Shown: in pieces, positions 18,515 to 28,461 of the stretch
How the letters are laid out: every line of letters begins with the position of its first letter
Position numbering within the stretch: the stretch's first letter is position 1
Source: an uncultured Armatimonadetes bacterium
GTDB lineage: Bacteria > Armatimonadota > Hebobacteria > Hebobacterales > Hebobacteraceae
DNA length: 64,000 nt
Assembly (NCBI GenBank): GCA_963716175.1
Contig: OY970296.1
Location: 2,272,001 to 2,336,000 of the forward strand
Direction: 5' to 3'
The notes under the pieces: generated by a model
Told to the model about the DNA's origin: nothing
What the model saw: only the letters and a program-made list of their open reading frames with translations
The model's database searches: none
Made by a program: the position numbers and the translations under genes

Positions 18515-20665
18515 TCACCTCTCCCGCGCCAGCAAGCCCACCTGGGGCGTCACGCGATGCGTCAGGTCGCGGTCGGCCAGGACACCTTCGGGGCCGACAA
18601 TGCGGATGCGGCCTCCAGGGTCACCCGCGGTGGAGAAGAGCACCCAGACGTTCCTGTCGCCCGCCGCGAAGCGCACGCCAACACGGCCATCCTCGCCAAG
18701 CAGCTCGCAGGGGCCCATCGTCTCTAGCCTAGCACGGTCACCTACTTGGATCAGATGCAGGAACACGTCGTCGGTGCGCGCCTCGGCAGGGGAAACCTCC
18801 ACGCGCCACTGCCCCAGCAGCTCCACGTCGTCACGGGTACGCCAGTCGGCCGGCAGGGGCCAGTTGCGGCCGTCTGACCAGAACTGCTTGCCCGGGCCGC
18901 CGACCTTACGCAGCTCGGCCCTCTCAGGCAGCAGCGTGCGGCAGAAGATGCGGCCTTCGCCCTGGTCGGCACGGAGAAGAGGCCCTTGCACTTCGGGCTC
19001 ACGCGCGGTGTGGAGCACCCATGTCTTGCGGTACTCGGGCCGGGTGGACGTCACCCGGTCCAGGATCACAAAATGGTCGGGGGGGACGAAGACGATCTGG
19101 CGCGTGGCGAGGGAGCACTTCCGCGCGTTGTAGCACGGGGTGGCATCACCGGCCACGTAGGTGTACTCCGGGCCCGTCTCAAACGCCAGCAGCTTCGACC
19201 CCGATACCTTGTCCTGCCCGCCGTCATTCGGGACCGGCAGCGGTTCCTCACCGGGTGCGGGGCCTCCCCAATAACGCGGGAGATCCTCACCCGCCATGTT
19301 GATGAGCACGCAGTTGTGCGCTACGGTGCGGCAGTAGTAGTGGGTTAGGTGCTGGCCAGGCTCGGGACGTGTGCCGGTGTCGAGCGCCAGAAATCCCTTC
19401 CTGTAGATGACGAAGTTGTTGTTATCGTAGTGGCGGTGCATCTCCAGCGTGCCGCCGCAGGTGAAGAGGGCGTAGGTGTCGTCCGGCCCGGACCCGGAGC
19501 GCATGAACACCTGGCCCATACCCTCGAAGTTCCGGGCCGGCGGGAGCGTCTCCGCGGGAGGCCTCGCCTCCGGGGCGGCCTCGATCCGGGTCAGCAGGAA
19601 CGGAACGACGGGCCAGGTGCCGGAGTACCGACCCTCGGGGATGGCGCCCATCATCCACCGTGCCAGCGCCGCGCACTCCGGCTGGCTCCTGCCGTAGAAG
19701 TGCAGCGTCTCGGCCAGGTGGGTGTACATGCTGCCCGAGGGCAGGTCATTCGTGGTGTGGTAGGAGTCTCCCGTGCCGAACTCGTGCTGGCCTGGCAGCC
19801 AGTTCCAGATCACGTAGTTCGCGAAGTAGGCCACGTAAGGCCAGTCGCCGGAGATGTCCTCTCCCGTGGCGGACTCCCAGGTGTGGAAGAAGCCGAACTC
19901 GGCCCAGGGGTAGGCGCCCATGCAGTAGCCGAGGGTGGCCGAAGCGGATCCCCCATCGTTCCCCGCCGCGCGGCGCCGGTGCTCCAGCACCTGGTGGTAC
20001 AGATCGTGGCCGCGGATCATGAAGTCACGGGCCCGGGCGTCGTCGATGCCCTCGCCATAGGTGGCCAGACCGGCGTACCAGAGCATACTTGGGGTGCTGT
20101 AGAACCCGCTCTCCGGGCCGCCGTCGTTCAGCCGCTCGATGCGCGGCTTCCCGGGGCCCGGCTGCTCGTCGTCCACGTGCTGTAGGAACGAGCGGCCCAT
20201 ATCCCGGCGCTCCTCCGGCGTCATCTCATTGAAGACCCAGTCGAAGGCGCACCACGCATTGATCCGCGAGCTGGAGTACCAGTTCACCGACTCGAGCGCG
20301 GCGCGGGTGGCCTGGTAAGACTCGATACTCCTGCGCAGCAAGGCCTTCGTCAGCTCCAGGTAAGCAGCGTCGCCGGTCATCCGGTAGACGAAGGCCGCGC
20401 TCGCCGCCTCAGTGCCCCAGTCCTTCGCCTCCGGCTGCCGGGGGAGCCGGTCGACGCGCTGCTTCAGCCGGTCGTAGCAGGCGCGCTCAGGCCCGAGGGC
20501 GCGGGCCCTGACGGCAGGCCAGGTTTCCGCGTTGAAGAACAGACGCGGGTGGTCCTTCCGGACGCGGGCGACCCACCCGGGATCGTTGGCGGCCGCGCCG
20601 GGCGACACTCCGGCCAGAAGCACCGCGGCAAGCGCGAGCAGCGCTGCCAGAATCGGGCATGTCAT
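18515..20665 (-). CDS. Heparinase II/III-like polysaccharide lyase, secreted
   Basis: Signal peptide; DHPRLFF, GQVFMRSG, HRHYDNNNFVIY, YYCRTVAHNCVLI. Confidence 0.85.
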   Translation of the reverse strand: MTCPILAALLALAAVLLAGVSPGAAANDPGWVARVRKDHPRLFFNAETWPAVRARALGPERACYDRLKQRVDRLPRQPEAKDWGTEAASAAFVYRMTGDAAYLELTKALLRRSIESYQATRAALESVNWYSSSRINAWCAFDWVFNEMTPEERRDMGRSFLQHVDDEQPGPGKPRIERLNDGGPESGFYSTPSMLWYAGLATYGEGIDDARARDFMIRGHDLYHQVLEHRRRAAGNDGGSASATLGYCMGAYPWAEFGFFHTWESATGEDISGDWPYVAYFANYVIWNWLPGQHEFGTGDSYHTTNDLPSGSMYTHLAETLHFYGRSQPECAALARWMMGAIPEGRYSGTWPVVPFLLTRIEAAPEARPPAETLPPARNFEGMGQVFMRSGSGPDDTYALFTCGGTLEMHRHYDNNNFVIYRKGFLALDTGTRPEPGQHLTHYYCRTVAHNCVLINMAGEDLPRYWGGPAPGEEPLPVPNDGGQDKVSGSKLLAFETGPEYTYVAGDATPCYNARKCSLATRQIVFVPPDHFVILDRVTSTRPEYRKTWVLHTAREPEVQGPLLRADQGEGRIFCRTLLPERAELRKVGGPGKQFWSDGRNWPLPADWRTRDDVELLGQWRVEVSPAEARTDDVFLHLIQVGDRARLETMGPCELLGEDGRVGVRFAAGDRNVWVLFSTAGDPGGRIRIVGPEGVLADRDLTHRVTPQVGLLARER

Positions 20666-20995
20666 GTCGGCTCTCCTCGCCAGTCTCCTCAAGAAGGCTG
20701 TGGGTTTCCCAGCTTCGGGACCCGCCAGTCACTGGACTCCGGTAGGTAGCGTGATGTCATGCCGGCGTCACGGACGGTCGGCAACGACACGCGGCTCTCG
20801 ATCACAGTGCCCATTCACACGCGGGCCGCTCAAGCGAGTCTCCGAAGCGCATCGTCCATCCCGCGGGCCACACACAAGTTCCCAGACAGCACGGGGCAAT
20901 ACTGGCTTTCCCATCTTCTGTTCCTGTCACGACGCTGGCGACAGTCCCCGGACGGCGGCATCCCACTGCCTGCTCCACCGGGATCTCTCGCGTCC

Positions 20996-22006
20996 TCATC
21001 TGCTCATTGCTCTGTCAAGCACCCCCCACAAATGCTTGGTGTGCGGCACCATATCCTGGCGAAAGTACCACCAGAAGAAGCCCTTGATATAGCGAGGATG
21101 ATCTATCTGCATGAGGTAGAACTCATCGATCAGAGCGGCCTTCTCGGCGTCGGTGCCTTCAATCCCCAGCTCCCCAAAGCCCAACTTGGAGTTGGGAAAG
21201 ACGTTTCCGATCCTGGTGAACTCACTCTTCCAATCGGGCTTGAACTGCGGAGAGTTCCCCGGGTAGTAGCTGAACAGGACGTAGTCAACGCCACGCTTCA
21301 TCCGCTCCGGGATGTAGGTCCGTACCCAGGAGTACATCTCGTATTGAGGAGCCGCCGCGCATGGGGGAGAAACCGCGCAATCCTGACCCTCATTGAACAC
21401 CAAGGTCAGCACCGTCTTTCCGCCAGCGGCTTTGACGATATCATAGGCGGCCGAGACCTTGGCCGAAACATCGCCTACTGGGCCGAGCCAGTTACCATTG
21501 ACTTCGTTGCCGACTTCCCACAGGTCAACTCTGTCAGCGAAAGCGTTCAAGTACTCAGTGAATACCGCCTTGTACTGATCGAGGGTGTAGTCCTCCACGT
21601 AGCTGGAATCAGCGGGTTGGCCGAGGATATAGGCGACAGCGTGAATCTGGTCGACGGCCTGCCGGTAGTCGGCCGCAGGCACGCCCCTGTCGAAGACGAT
21701 CCTGACGGTCACCTTCTTTGAGAATCTGCGGAGGGCGGTGACAACTGCCGACAGGTCGGTGGTGCTGTCAACAGTGACGCCGTAGATCGGAGCGGGGACT
21801 TCACCAATCGCCGAACATGCTGCCGGGGGCGAAGGTGTTGGTGTTGACCGCACAGCCGTCGGCGCTGGCGCAAGCCCTGTCTTACCCGGGCTGATCCCAG
21901 CGGCTTCCGGATAGGCGACGCACAAGCGGGCGACCAACCCAAAGGCAACTACCACCAGTCCAAGAACGACAGGTGACGTCTTTAGGCCCACTGCCCACCT
22001 CCGCAA
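20996..22006 (-). CDS. Secreted glycoside-hydrolase-like TIM-barrel protein
   Basis: Signal/TM then Pro/Thr linker; WEVGNEVNG and GFGELG Glu motifs; GFFWWY. Confidence 0.7.
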   Translation of the reverse strand: MRRWAVGLKTSPVVLGLVVVAFGLVARLCVAYPEAAGISPGKTGLAPAPTAVRSTPTPSPPAACSAIGEVPAPIYGVTVDSTTDLSAVVTALRRFSKKVTVRIVFDRGVPAADYRQAVDQIHAVAYILGQPADSSYVEDYTLDQYKAVFTEYLNAFADRVDLWEVGNEVNGNWLGPVGDVSAKVSAAYDIVKAAGGKTVLTLVFNEGQDCAVSPPCAAAPQYEMYSWVRTYIPERMKRGVDYVLFSYYPGNSPQFKPDWKSEFTRIGNVFPNSKLGFGELGIEGTDAEKAALIDEFYLMQIDHPRYIKGFFWWYFRQDMVPHTKHLWGVLDRAMSR

Positions 22007-22198
22007 GAGATAGCGATCACAGTGTCGGTTCCGTATGCGCGGCCGGCAGTTCGCAGCTCGGCGGCCACGGGACCAAGGCCTGGGGCGCGAGCGGCTGAAA
22101 GCTCAGCACACTGCGTGGCCGCACACTACGGTAGTGTTTTCGATGGCGGTCCGCCAGCACCTGCGGTTCCAGCGCCTGCCACAGCCAAGGCCTCGGGC

Positions 22199-22267
22199 CG
22201 ACGGCCCCCTGCAACCCTCGACTCCGGCTTCCCCTTCGGCATGCAGGCACTATGCGGGGTTCCGTCG
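22199..22267 (+). repeat. Dispersed intergenic element, copy 4 (hairpin)
   Basis: CGACGG-CCCCCTGCA-ACCCTCGACTCCGGCTTCCCCTTCGGC..TGCGGGG-TT-CCGTCG. Confidence 0.8.
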
Positions 22268-22397
22268 CGCATGGGGCAGTGCCAGGGGGCAAGGCTAATC
22301 GGGGCAGGTCAGGCCGGGAATCGTCCATCGCCGGCAGGACCATCGCCACCCGCTCACGTATAGGGCGGGATGGCAACCTTCAGGAGGCAAGACGACC

Positions 22398-23189
22398 GTG
22401 GCGACTACAGGAGACTTCACTTTCTCGGTGTTCACGAAGCCGTGGAAGACGCCGATCCGCGAGCTCGGCGCGTTTGTGAAAGGGCTGGGATTCGACGCCA
22501 TCGAGCTGCCCGTGCGGCCTGGCTACCAGGTGCTGCCGGAGAACGTCGAGCGCGACCTGCCTAAGGCCGCCAGGCAGTTAGCTGACTGCGGCGTGGCTAT
22601 CGCCAGCATCGCCGGGCCCACCGACGAGAAGACCATCGCCGCCTGCGCCGAGGCCGGCGTGCCGATCATCCGCGTCATGGTCCGCATCGGCGAAGAGGGC
22701 TACATGGCGACGGACGCGAGAACCCAGGCCGAGTACGAGGCCCTCGTCCCCCTGCTCGACAGGTACAAGGTTCAGATCGGGGTGCAGAATCACTGCGACG
22801 AGTTCGTCGCCAACGCGATTGGCTTGCTTCATCTCATGGAGCGCTTCGACCCCAAGCACGTTGGCGCGGTCTGGGATCCGGCCCACTGCGCGCTCAATGG
22901 TGAGGACCCGGAGCTGGCCGTTGATATCCTCTGGTCCCACCTCTGCATGGTGAACCTGAAGAATGCCTTCTGGCAGCGGAGGACCGGCCCCGAGGCCGAG
23001 GTCGCCAAATGGCAGGTCTACTGGACCACCGGAAGACAGGGGCTTGCCTCCTGGGCGCGTGTCGGCGCCGAGCTGAAGCGGCGGAAGTGGCGTGGCGTCC
23101 TCTGCCTCACCGCCGAGTACAGTGACGAGCCGTCGGTCAACCGCCTGATCGCCGACGATATCGCCTTCGCCAAATCGCTGTTCACCTGA
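22398..23189 (+). CDS. Sugar phosphate isomerase/epimerase (xylose-isomerase-like TIM barrel)
   Basis: GFDAIEL, GVQNH, WDPAH, NLKN, AEY motifs; SD AGGAGG. Confidence 0.85.
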   Translation: MATTGDFTFSVFTKPWKTPIRELGAFVKGLGFDAIELPVRPGYQVLPENVERDLPKAARQLADCGVAIASIAGPTDEKTIAACAEAGVPIIRVMVRIGEEGYMATDARTQAEYEALVPLLDRYKVQIGVQNHCDEFVANAIGLLHLMERFDPKHVGAVWDPAHCALNGEDPELAVDILWSHLCMVNLKNAFWQRRTGPEAEVAKWQVYWTTGRQGLASWARVGAELKRRKWRGVLCLTAEYSDEPSVNRLIADDIAFAKSLFT

Positions 23190-23262
23190 GGATGCCGCGC
23201 TAGCCGAGAACTCATCTGCGCGCCCGAAACGGGACTGACGCCTGCAACGAAGAGGCCCTGTG

Positions 23263-23336
23263 CGCGACGGCCCGAGCAACCCTCCGACTCCGGCTGCCCT
23301 CCTCGGCTTGGCATCAGTGTTCGGGGTTCCGTCGCG
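23263..23336 (+). repeat. Dispersed intergenic element, copy 5 (hairpin)
   Basis: CGCGACGG-CCCGAGCA-ACCCTCCGACTCCGGCTGCCCTCCTCGGCT..TGTTCGGGG-TT-CCGTCGCG. Confidence 0.8.
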
Positions 23337-23685
23337 GGTGCCGGAGATCCTGAAGCTGACCGGCAGCGGCGCTGACTGTATGCTGGGGCCCATGTGTCGT
23401 GTCCGCCCTGCCTGCAGCAGGACCACCTGCGTGATCAGGCAGATCGAGGTTCCGGCCGCTTCCGCGTGGATTCACTCCGGGCGAAATGGAGTGCCCACCC
23501 TACGACAGAGGATGTCCCCGGAGCAAGGCAGGAGCGGTTCCACGGCGAAGTGGCCGGCGCACGTGGAAGCGATCGACCATCTTGCTGGGGGCACGTGACC
23601 CGGGCTGGCAATCCCAGTCCTGGTGGAGTCGCCAGCGCCCGGGTGTGGCGTCGGAGCCGGCAATCTTCGACGATGGAGAGGCGAC

Positions 23686-24666
23686 ATGTCTGTCGTGAGC
23701 TTCGCCCTGATCGGATGTGGGTCCATGGGCCGCACGCTCGCTGATTCGCTGAGGGAGCATCGCGACTCCCACTTGGTGGCAGCAGCTGATCCGAATGAGG
23801 ACGCGCGCCTACAGGCCGTTGCGAAGTATGGCGTGCAAGGTTACACCAGGTACGAGGACCTCCTCCAGCGGGATGATATCGACGCCGTCGTGGTAGCCAC
23901 GCCGAGCTACCTCCACAAGGAGGTCGCGGTTGCGGCCGCGAAGGCCGGAAAGCATGTCTTCTGTGAGAAGCCGATGGCGCTCAACACCGCCGACTGCGAT
24001 GCCATGCTGCAGGCCGCGAAGGATGCAGGCGTCAAGCTCATGGTGGGACACGTACTGAGGCTGATGTTCCCCTGGTGGCGAATCAAGGAGTTGGCCGGCG
24101 AGAACGAACTCGGCGCGCCGTTCTGTGTGAGTATCCGCCGATATAGCCGGATGTTTCCCAGAGGCTGGCGCGCACAATCCGAGTTGTCGGGAGGCCAGCT
24201 CTTCGAAGTGCATGTGCACGAGCTGGACTTCATGCGCCACCTGTGCGGGGAGGTGGCAGAGGTGAGCGCCTATGGGGGAAGCTTCGCCTGTGACGACGGC
24301 GGCAAGTGCGACGTCTACCTCATCAACCTGCGTTTCCGCTCAGGCGCCGTTGGGCAGCTTCACGGCGGGGCCACCACTGGGCGGTCGCGGTACGAGGGGC
24401 AGGTGCTGTGTCCACGCGGGGCGCTGCTGTTCGGCCCTGACTGGGGCACTGGTACCATGGAGCAAGGCGACCGAGAACCGCAACCTCTCGACCCGGACGT
24501 GCGGACCGGGCCGGTGGGGGTGGACTGGGAGTTGGATTCCTTCCTGCGATGGCTGCTGCGCGGCGACTTGCCGGTGTTTACAGGCGAGGACGGGAGGGCG
24601 GCCGTTCAACTGGCTGAAGCTGCCCGTCGCTCCATCGCAGACGCGCGGCCAGTCGGCCTGTCCTGA
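23686..24666 (+). CDS. Gfo/Idh/MocA family oxidoreductase
   Basis: IGCGSMG, ATPSYLH, CEKPMA, HELD. Confidence 0.9.
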   Translation: MSVVSFALIGCGSMGRTLADSLREHRDSHLVAAADPNEDARLQAVAKYGVQGYTRYEDLLQRDDIDAVVVATPSYLHKEVAVAAAKAGKHVFCEKPMALNTADCDAMLQAAKDAGVKLMVGHVLRLMFPWWRIKELAGENELGAPFCVSIRRYSRMFPRGWRAQSELSGGQLFEVHVHELDFMRHLCGEVAEVSAYGGSFACDDGGKCDVYLINLRFRSGAVGQLHGGATTGRSRYEGQVLCPRGALLFGPDWGTGTMEQGDREPQPLDPDVRTGPVGVDWELDSFLRWLLRGDLPVFTGEDGRAAVQLAEAARRSIADARPVGLS

Positions 24667-24804
24667 GCGTTCGGCGCGGCACAGGAGCTGACCGACAGAC
24701 GCGGCCGCCGGCCCCGCGGTGCGCCCTTCGCTGTGGGCACATGTCCTGGCGGGTCAACCTCGGCTCCGTAGCAGGCGAGACAACCGCAGGGGTGACGGAC
24801 TCAG

Positions 24805-25854
24805 CTATCCGCTCAGCGCCCGGTAGATCTCTCCCGGGCCCAAGGTGTCGGGGTAATGAGGCCGGAGGAACTTGCGCACTTGCCAGCACAGGTGGCACTT
24901 CTGCACGTACTGCTCCCGGCGATAGCCCAAGCCCTCCGCGAGATGCAAGAGGCCGACCGGGCCCTGCTCGCGCAGCGCCGTGATGATCGGGTTATCCGTG
25001 GCGAACCCCGCCGCCATCAGCTCCCCAAACGGGGTGTGCTCCACGTTCCCGAGGATGACACCGCAGCAGGTTTGCACATTGCCGTACGGGTCGAGGTGGA
25101 TCTCCCACATGGTCTGCGGAGAGAACTCCCAGGCACAGGACATGCCCGGAGGCGCGTCGTGCCACATGTGATCCCTCACGAGATCGGCGATCGGTCGCGC
25201 CGGCAGGTACTGGGCCAGCACCTCCCCGGCCCTGCCCACCATTCGAGGCGGCGATCCCCGCACGTATTCAGTCAGCCGAGCCGGATCGCGGCCGACCCGC
25301 TGCATCCCGAGCAACTGCTCTTTGGTGAAGGGCTCAGCTGCGACATTTCGCTGCCCGAACAGCTCAGCCGCGGCCTCATAGCACCGCAGGTACCGGTCCA
25401 CCGGATAGAACGCCAGGTGAAAGGGGTCGGCGCTGATGTAGAGGCCGCGCACCCCCGCGTCTCGCAGCTCCGTGAGCCGCGCGTGCACCTTCGCCGTATT
25501 CGTGCACCAGGTGGCGTTGGTCTCGATGAAGTGCGGCGCCGCACCGTACCGGGAAGCTCCCCGGCAGATGGCCAGCACTGTCTCGTACTCCAGCATCGCC
25601 TCGCCGCCGGCGATGTGGACGCAGCGATCCGTCGCGCGCAGCATCCGCAGATAGCGGATCCCCCGCTCAACGTCGTGGAACCGCCGAGGATGACGCGGCG
25701 TGCAGCTGAACAGGCAGTGGGGGCAGGCCAGCGTGCAGCGATAGGTCAGCAGCAGGCTCGCCACCGATTTCCGGGTGATGGCGGCGGCTACACCATCTCT
25801 CTCGACTACGGCATCAACGGATCTCCACTGCGCGGACCCGGCTTCCTCAGGCAT
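24805..25854 (-). CDS. Radical SAM protein
   Basis: CTLACPHC, AGGEA, ETNA, ISADPFH, C-terminal CHLC. Confidence 0.88.
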   Translation of the reverse strand: MPEEAGSAQWRSVDAVVERDGVAAAITRKSVASLLLTYRCTLACPHCLFSCTPRHPRRFHDVERGIRYLRMLRATDRCVHIAGGEAMLEYETVLAICRGASRYGAAPHFIETNATWCTNTAKVHARLTELRDAGVRGLYISADPFHLAFYPVDRYLRCYEAAAELFGQRNVAAEPFTKEQLLGMQRVGRDPARLTEYVRGSPPRMVGRAGEVLAQYLPARPIADLVRDHMWHDAPPGMSCAWEFSPQTMWEIHLDPYGNVQTCCGVILGNVEHTPFGELMAAGFATDNPIITALREQGPVGLLHLAEGLGYRREQYVQKCHLCWQVRKFLRPHYPDTLGPGEIYRALSG

Positions 25855-25971
25855 GCTTCTTCCCTTCGCCGGGCCCCAGTTCTCTCCTGGACATGTGGGG
25901 GGCGGGTCGCCGGGCAGGTTGCAGGCCTGCGGAGTGGCAACTCGACCAGACGTTCCGCCGCGCGGTCTCAT

Positions 25972-26040
25972 TGATCGCCCTCGGCCCTCCTCGACTCCGG
26001 CTACCCCCTGGGCGTGGAGTCGGGGCCTGGGGTTCGGTCG
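25972..26040 (+). repeat. Dispersed intergenic element, copy 6 (hairpin)
   Basis: TGATCG/CGGTCG covaried closing stem; CTCGACTCCGGCTACCCCCTGGGCGTGGAGTC core. Confidence 0.8.
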
Positions 26041-26248
26041 CGGATAGTGGTCAGAACCGCGGGTCATTCTGCACTGGCCCGGGTCAGAGCAAGGCTACGG
26101 CGGTTCCAGAGCGAAGTAACCGCTACAGGAGATCGCGCTGACCGCTGTGAAGAGACGAGATCCCGCGCCGGTTGGCATCGCACGATACCAGCGGGGAGGG
26201 CGCGTCGCCGATAGGCCGGCATGATGGCTGAACTAGGAGAGACCACCG

Positions 26249-28438
26249 ATGCCCAACACCAGCCGATCCTTCGCCGCGGTCGGTGAATGGGGGGTGACCT
26301 TCGACGTTCGCACCACCGCCCTCGACTGCCGGCATCGTCCTACGGGCGCCCGCGTCAGTGGCCGGTTGGAGTTCGGCTCGCCGGGCGGGGAACGCATGGC
26401 GATCTCACTTGCGCCGGGCGCGGGGCCCCAGCAACTGGCGATCCGCGACTCTCGCGGAGACTGCCAGATGTACCTGCGGCTCGACTCGGCCGGCCGCGAT
26501 CTCAGGCTCTCTCTCGTGCCCCGCGGCCGTGCGAGTTCCCGCGGACAGCTCACCCTTCGTGGCGTCGCGACCTTAGGGCGTCAGACCTTTGCCTGCCGGA
26601 CGTTCGCGCCGCAGCATCTGGACGTGGTCCAGATGGCCTCCGGCCCGGCAGACAGCGCGCTGAACGATTCACTGTTCGACATCGCCCGAGACATCGCCAT
26701 GCGGCTCCGCGCCGAACACGTTGCCATCACCACGAGGGAGAACGCGAACGGCAGGAAACAGCGCTTCGAGGTCGTGTTGGCGGGTCGGATCGAGAGTCCG
26801 GCAGCGTCGGAGATGACCATCACTGTCGAGCAACATTTTTACCGGGGCCGCTACGTTCCGTGGTACCGTCCGCTGGACAAGTCGAGACTGCCTTTCGCTC
26901 CCACCGGGTGGATGTCGTGGAACACCTACTTCGATCAGGCTGGGGAGACGGAGAACCTCAATGAGGCGCGCATTGGGGCGACGTTCCTCAAGCCATACGG
27001 GTTGCGGATCTGGTCCATCGAGTCATGGCAGGACAACTCCGCTTCGCAGCCGGTCAGCCAGTTCCACCACCTCACGCTGCGCCCATACCTCAGGCAGTTC
27101 CCGCACGGGATGAAGTGGCTTGCCCGGGAGATCCGGCGGCTTGGCTTCCAGCCCGGTATCTGGACCGTCCCCTTCGGCACCGGTGACGCCGAGTTCTACC
27201 GGAGACACCAGCGTTGGTTTCTCCACCATCCTGATGGGCGCCCCATGAGCAACTGGTGCGGCCGGTACGTGCTGGACCCGTCTCAGCCCGCGGTGCGCCG
27301 GCATATGGCGGAGACCCATCGGCGGATGGCAGAGTGGGGATACGGCTTCTTCAAGATCGACGGCATGTTCGGCGGGAGCCGGCACTACAGCGCGCATTTC
27401 TACGAGATCCCCGAGGTGCGCGCCGCCTTTCGGCGGTCCTGCCGCAACCCGTTCCAGCTATGCACGCAGGCGCTGCGCCGCGGGATCGGAAAGGACCGCA
27501 TCCTGCTGGCGTGCGCCGGTCACTACACCGGCCCCGAAGTAGCCGTATCCGACGCGGCACGTATCGGCGGCGATGTGGTTGCGCCGAACCGCCCTCCCGG
27601 GTGGCGGAGCTACGTCGAGCAAGCGAGCATGATCCTCTCGTGTCTGTTCGTGAATAACATCGTCTGGTACTGCGATCCTGACACCTTGCTGGTCGGCACA
27701 TACCTGCCGATCGAGCAGGCGCGGGTGGCCGCCAGCGCGATAGCACTGGCCGGACAGGTGATGTTCGCGGGAGACAAGCTCGGCGAGTTGCCGCCGGAGC
27801 GGATGTGGCTGCTCCAGCGCTGCCTGCCGGTGTGCGACGTGCGGCCGCTCGATCTCTATCCCATCAACCAACTGGTCCCCATCTGGGACTTGAAGGTGAG
27901 GCGGCGGTTTGCGCAGTGGGATGTGGTGTCGGTGTTCAACTTCGACGGCGGTGCGAGGAAGCGAGTAATCGTTGAGATGGCGCGACTGGGCCTCGACTGC
28001 GAGAAGCAGTACCTCGCCTACGACTTCTGGCGGGGCCGGCTGCTGGGCCGGTTCTCGCGCTGCCTCTCGGTGGACGTGCAGCCCAGGTCGAATCTGCTGC
28101 TGGCGGTGCACGAAGACCTGGGGCGACCCCAGTTCCTTTCCACCGACCGGCATCTGACGCAGGGCGCGGTATCGCTGCGGGCGTTGACCTGGGATGAATC
28201 CCGCCTCACGCTTTCCGGAAAGACGGAGCTGGTGGCTGGCGAACAGACCCGGCTAACGTTCTGTGTTCCTACTGGCTTCCGTCTGGAGACCGCGAGCGCG
28301 ACGCGCGCGGAGGTCGGCCAGGTGAGAAAGGGCAAGGACCAGACCGTTACCGTGACACTCCGCGCCGCGCGCTCTACGACGGCCGCCTGGCGACTGCGGT
28401 TTGCGAGAGCGCGACCGCAACCGGGCGGCCGCGACTAA
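26249..28438 (+). CDS. Alpha-galactosidase-like glycoside hydrolase (GH27/GH36 clan)
   Basis: PTGWMSWNTY, FPHGMKWL, GIWTVPF, FFKID, ARIGGD, DPD. Confidence 0.85.
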   Translation: MPNTSRSFAAVGEWGVTFDVRTTALDCRHRPTGARVSGRLEFGSPGGERMAISLAPGAGPQQLAIRDSRGDCQMYLRLDSAGRDLRLSLVPRGRASSRGQLTLRGVATLGRQTFACRTFAPQHLDVVQMASGPADSALNDSLFDIARDIAMRLRAEHVAITTRENANGRKQRFEVVLAGRIESPAASEMTITVEQHFYRGRYVPWYRPLDKSRLPFAPTGWMSWNTYFDQAGETENLNEARIGATFLKPYGLRIWSIESWQDNSASQPVSQFHHLTLRPYLRQFPHGMKWLAREIRRLGFQPGIWTVPFGTGDAEFYRRHQRWFLHHPDGRPMSNWCGRYVLDPSQPAVRRHMAETHRRMAEWGYGFFKIDGMFGGSRHYSAHFYEIPEVRAAFRRSCRNPFQLCTQALRRGIGKDRILLACAGHYTGPEVAVSDAARIGGDVVAPNRPPGWRSYVEQASMILSCLFVNNIVWYCDPDTLLVGTYLPIEQARVAASAIALAGQVMFAGDKLGELPPERMWLLQRCLPVCDVRPLDLYPINQLVPIWDLKVRRRFAQWDVVSVFNFDGGARKRVIVEMARLGLDCEKQYLAYDFWRGRLLGRFSRCLSVDVQPRSNLLLAVHEDLGRPQFLSTDRHLTQGAVSLRALTWDESRLTLSGKTELVAGEQTRLTFCVPTGFRLETASATRAEVGQVRKGKDQTVTVTLRAARSTTAAWRLRFARARPQPGGRD

Positions 28439-28461
28439 AGCAGCAGCGAGAGGGTTATGAA

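Noticed and set aside
20700-20900. Possible eighth copy of the dispersed element (GGACTCCGG, CAGACAGCACG)
   Set aside because: Matches are too short and no hairpin forms
477-26040. Classical integron attC sites, SRP RNA or SECIS as the identity of the dispersed hairpin
   Set aside because: No RYYYAAC/GTTRRRY cores or IntI; no SRP helix-8 motif, and it is multicopy; the only in-frame TGA (copy 3) aligns with CAG/CGG and looks like decay
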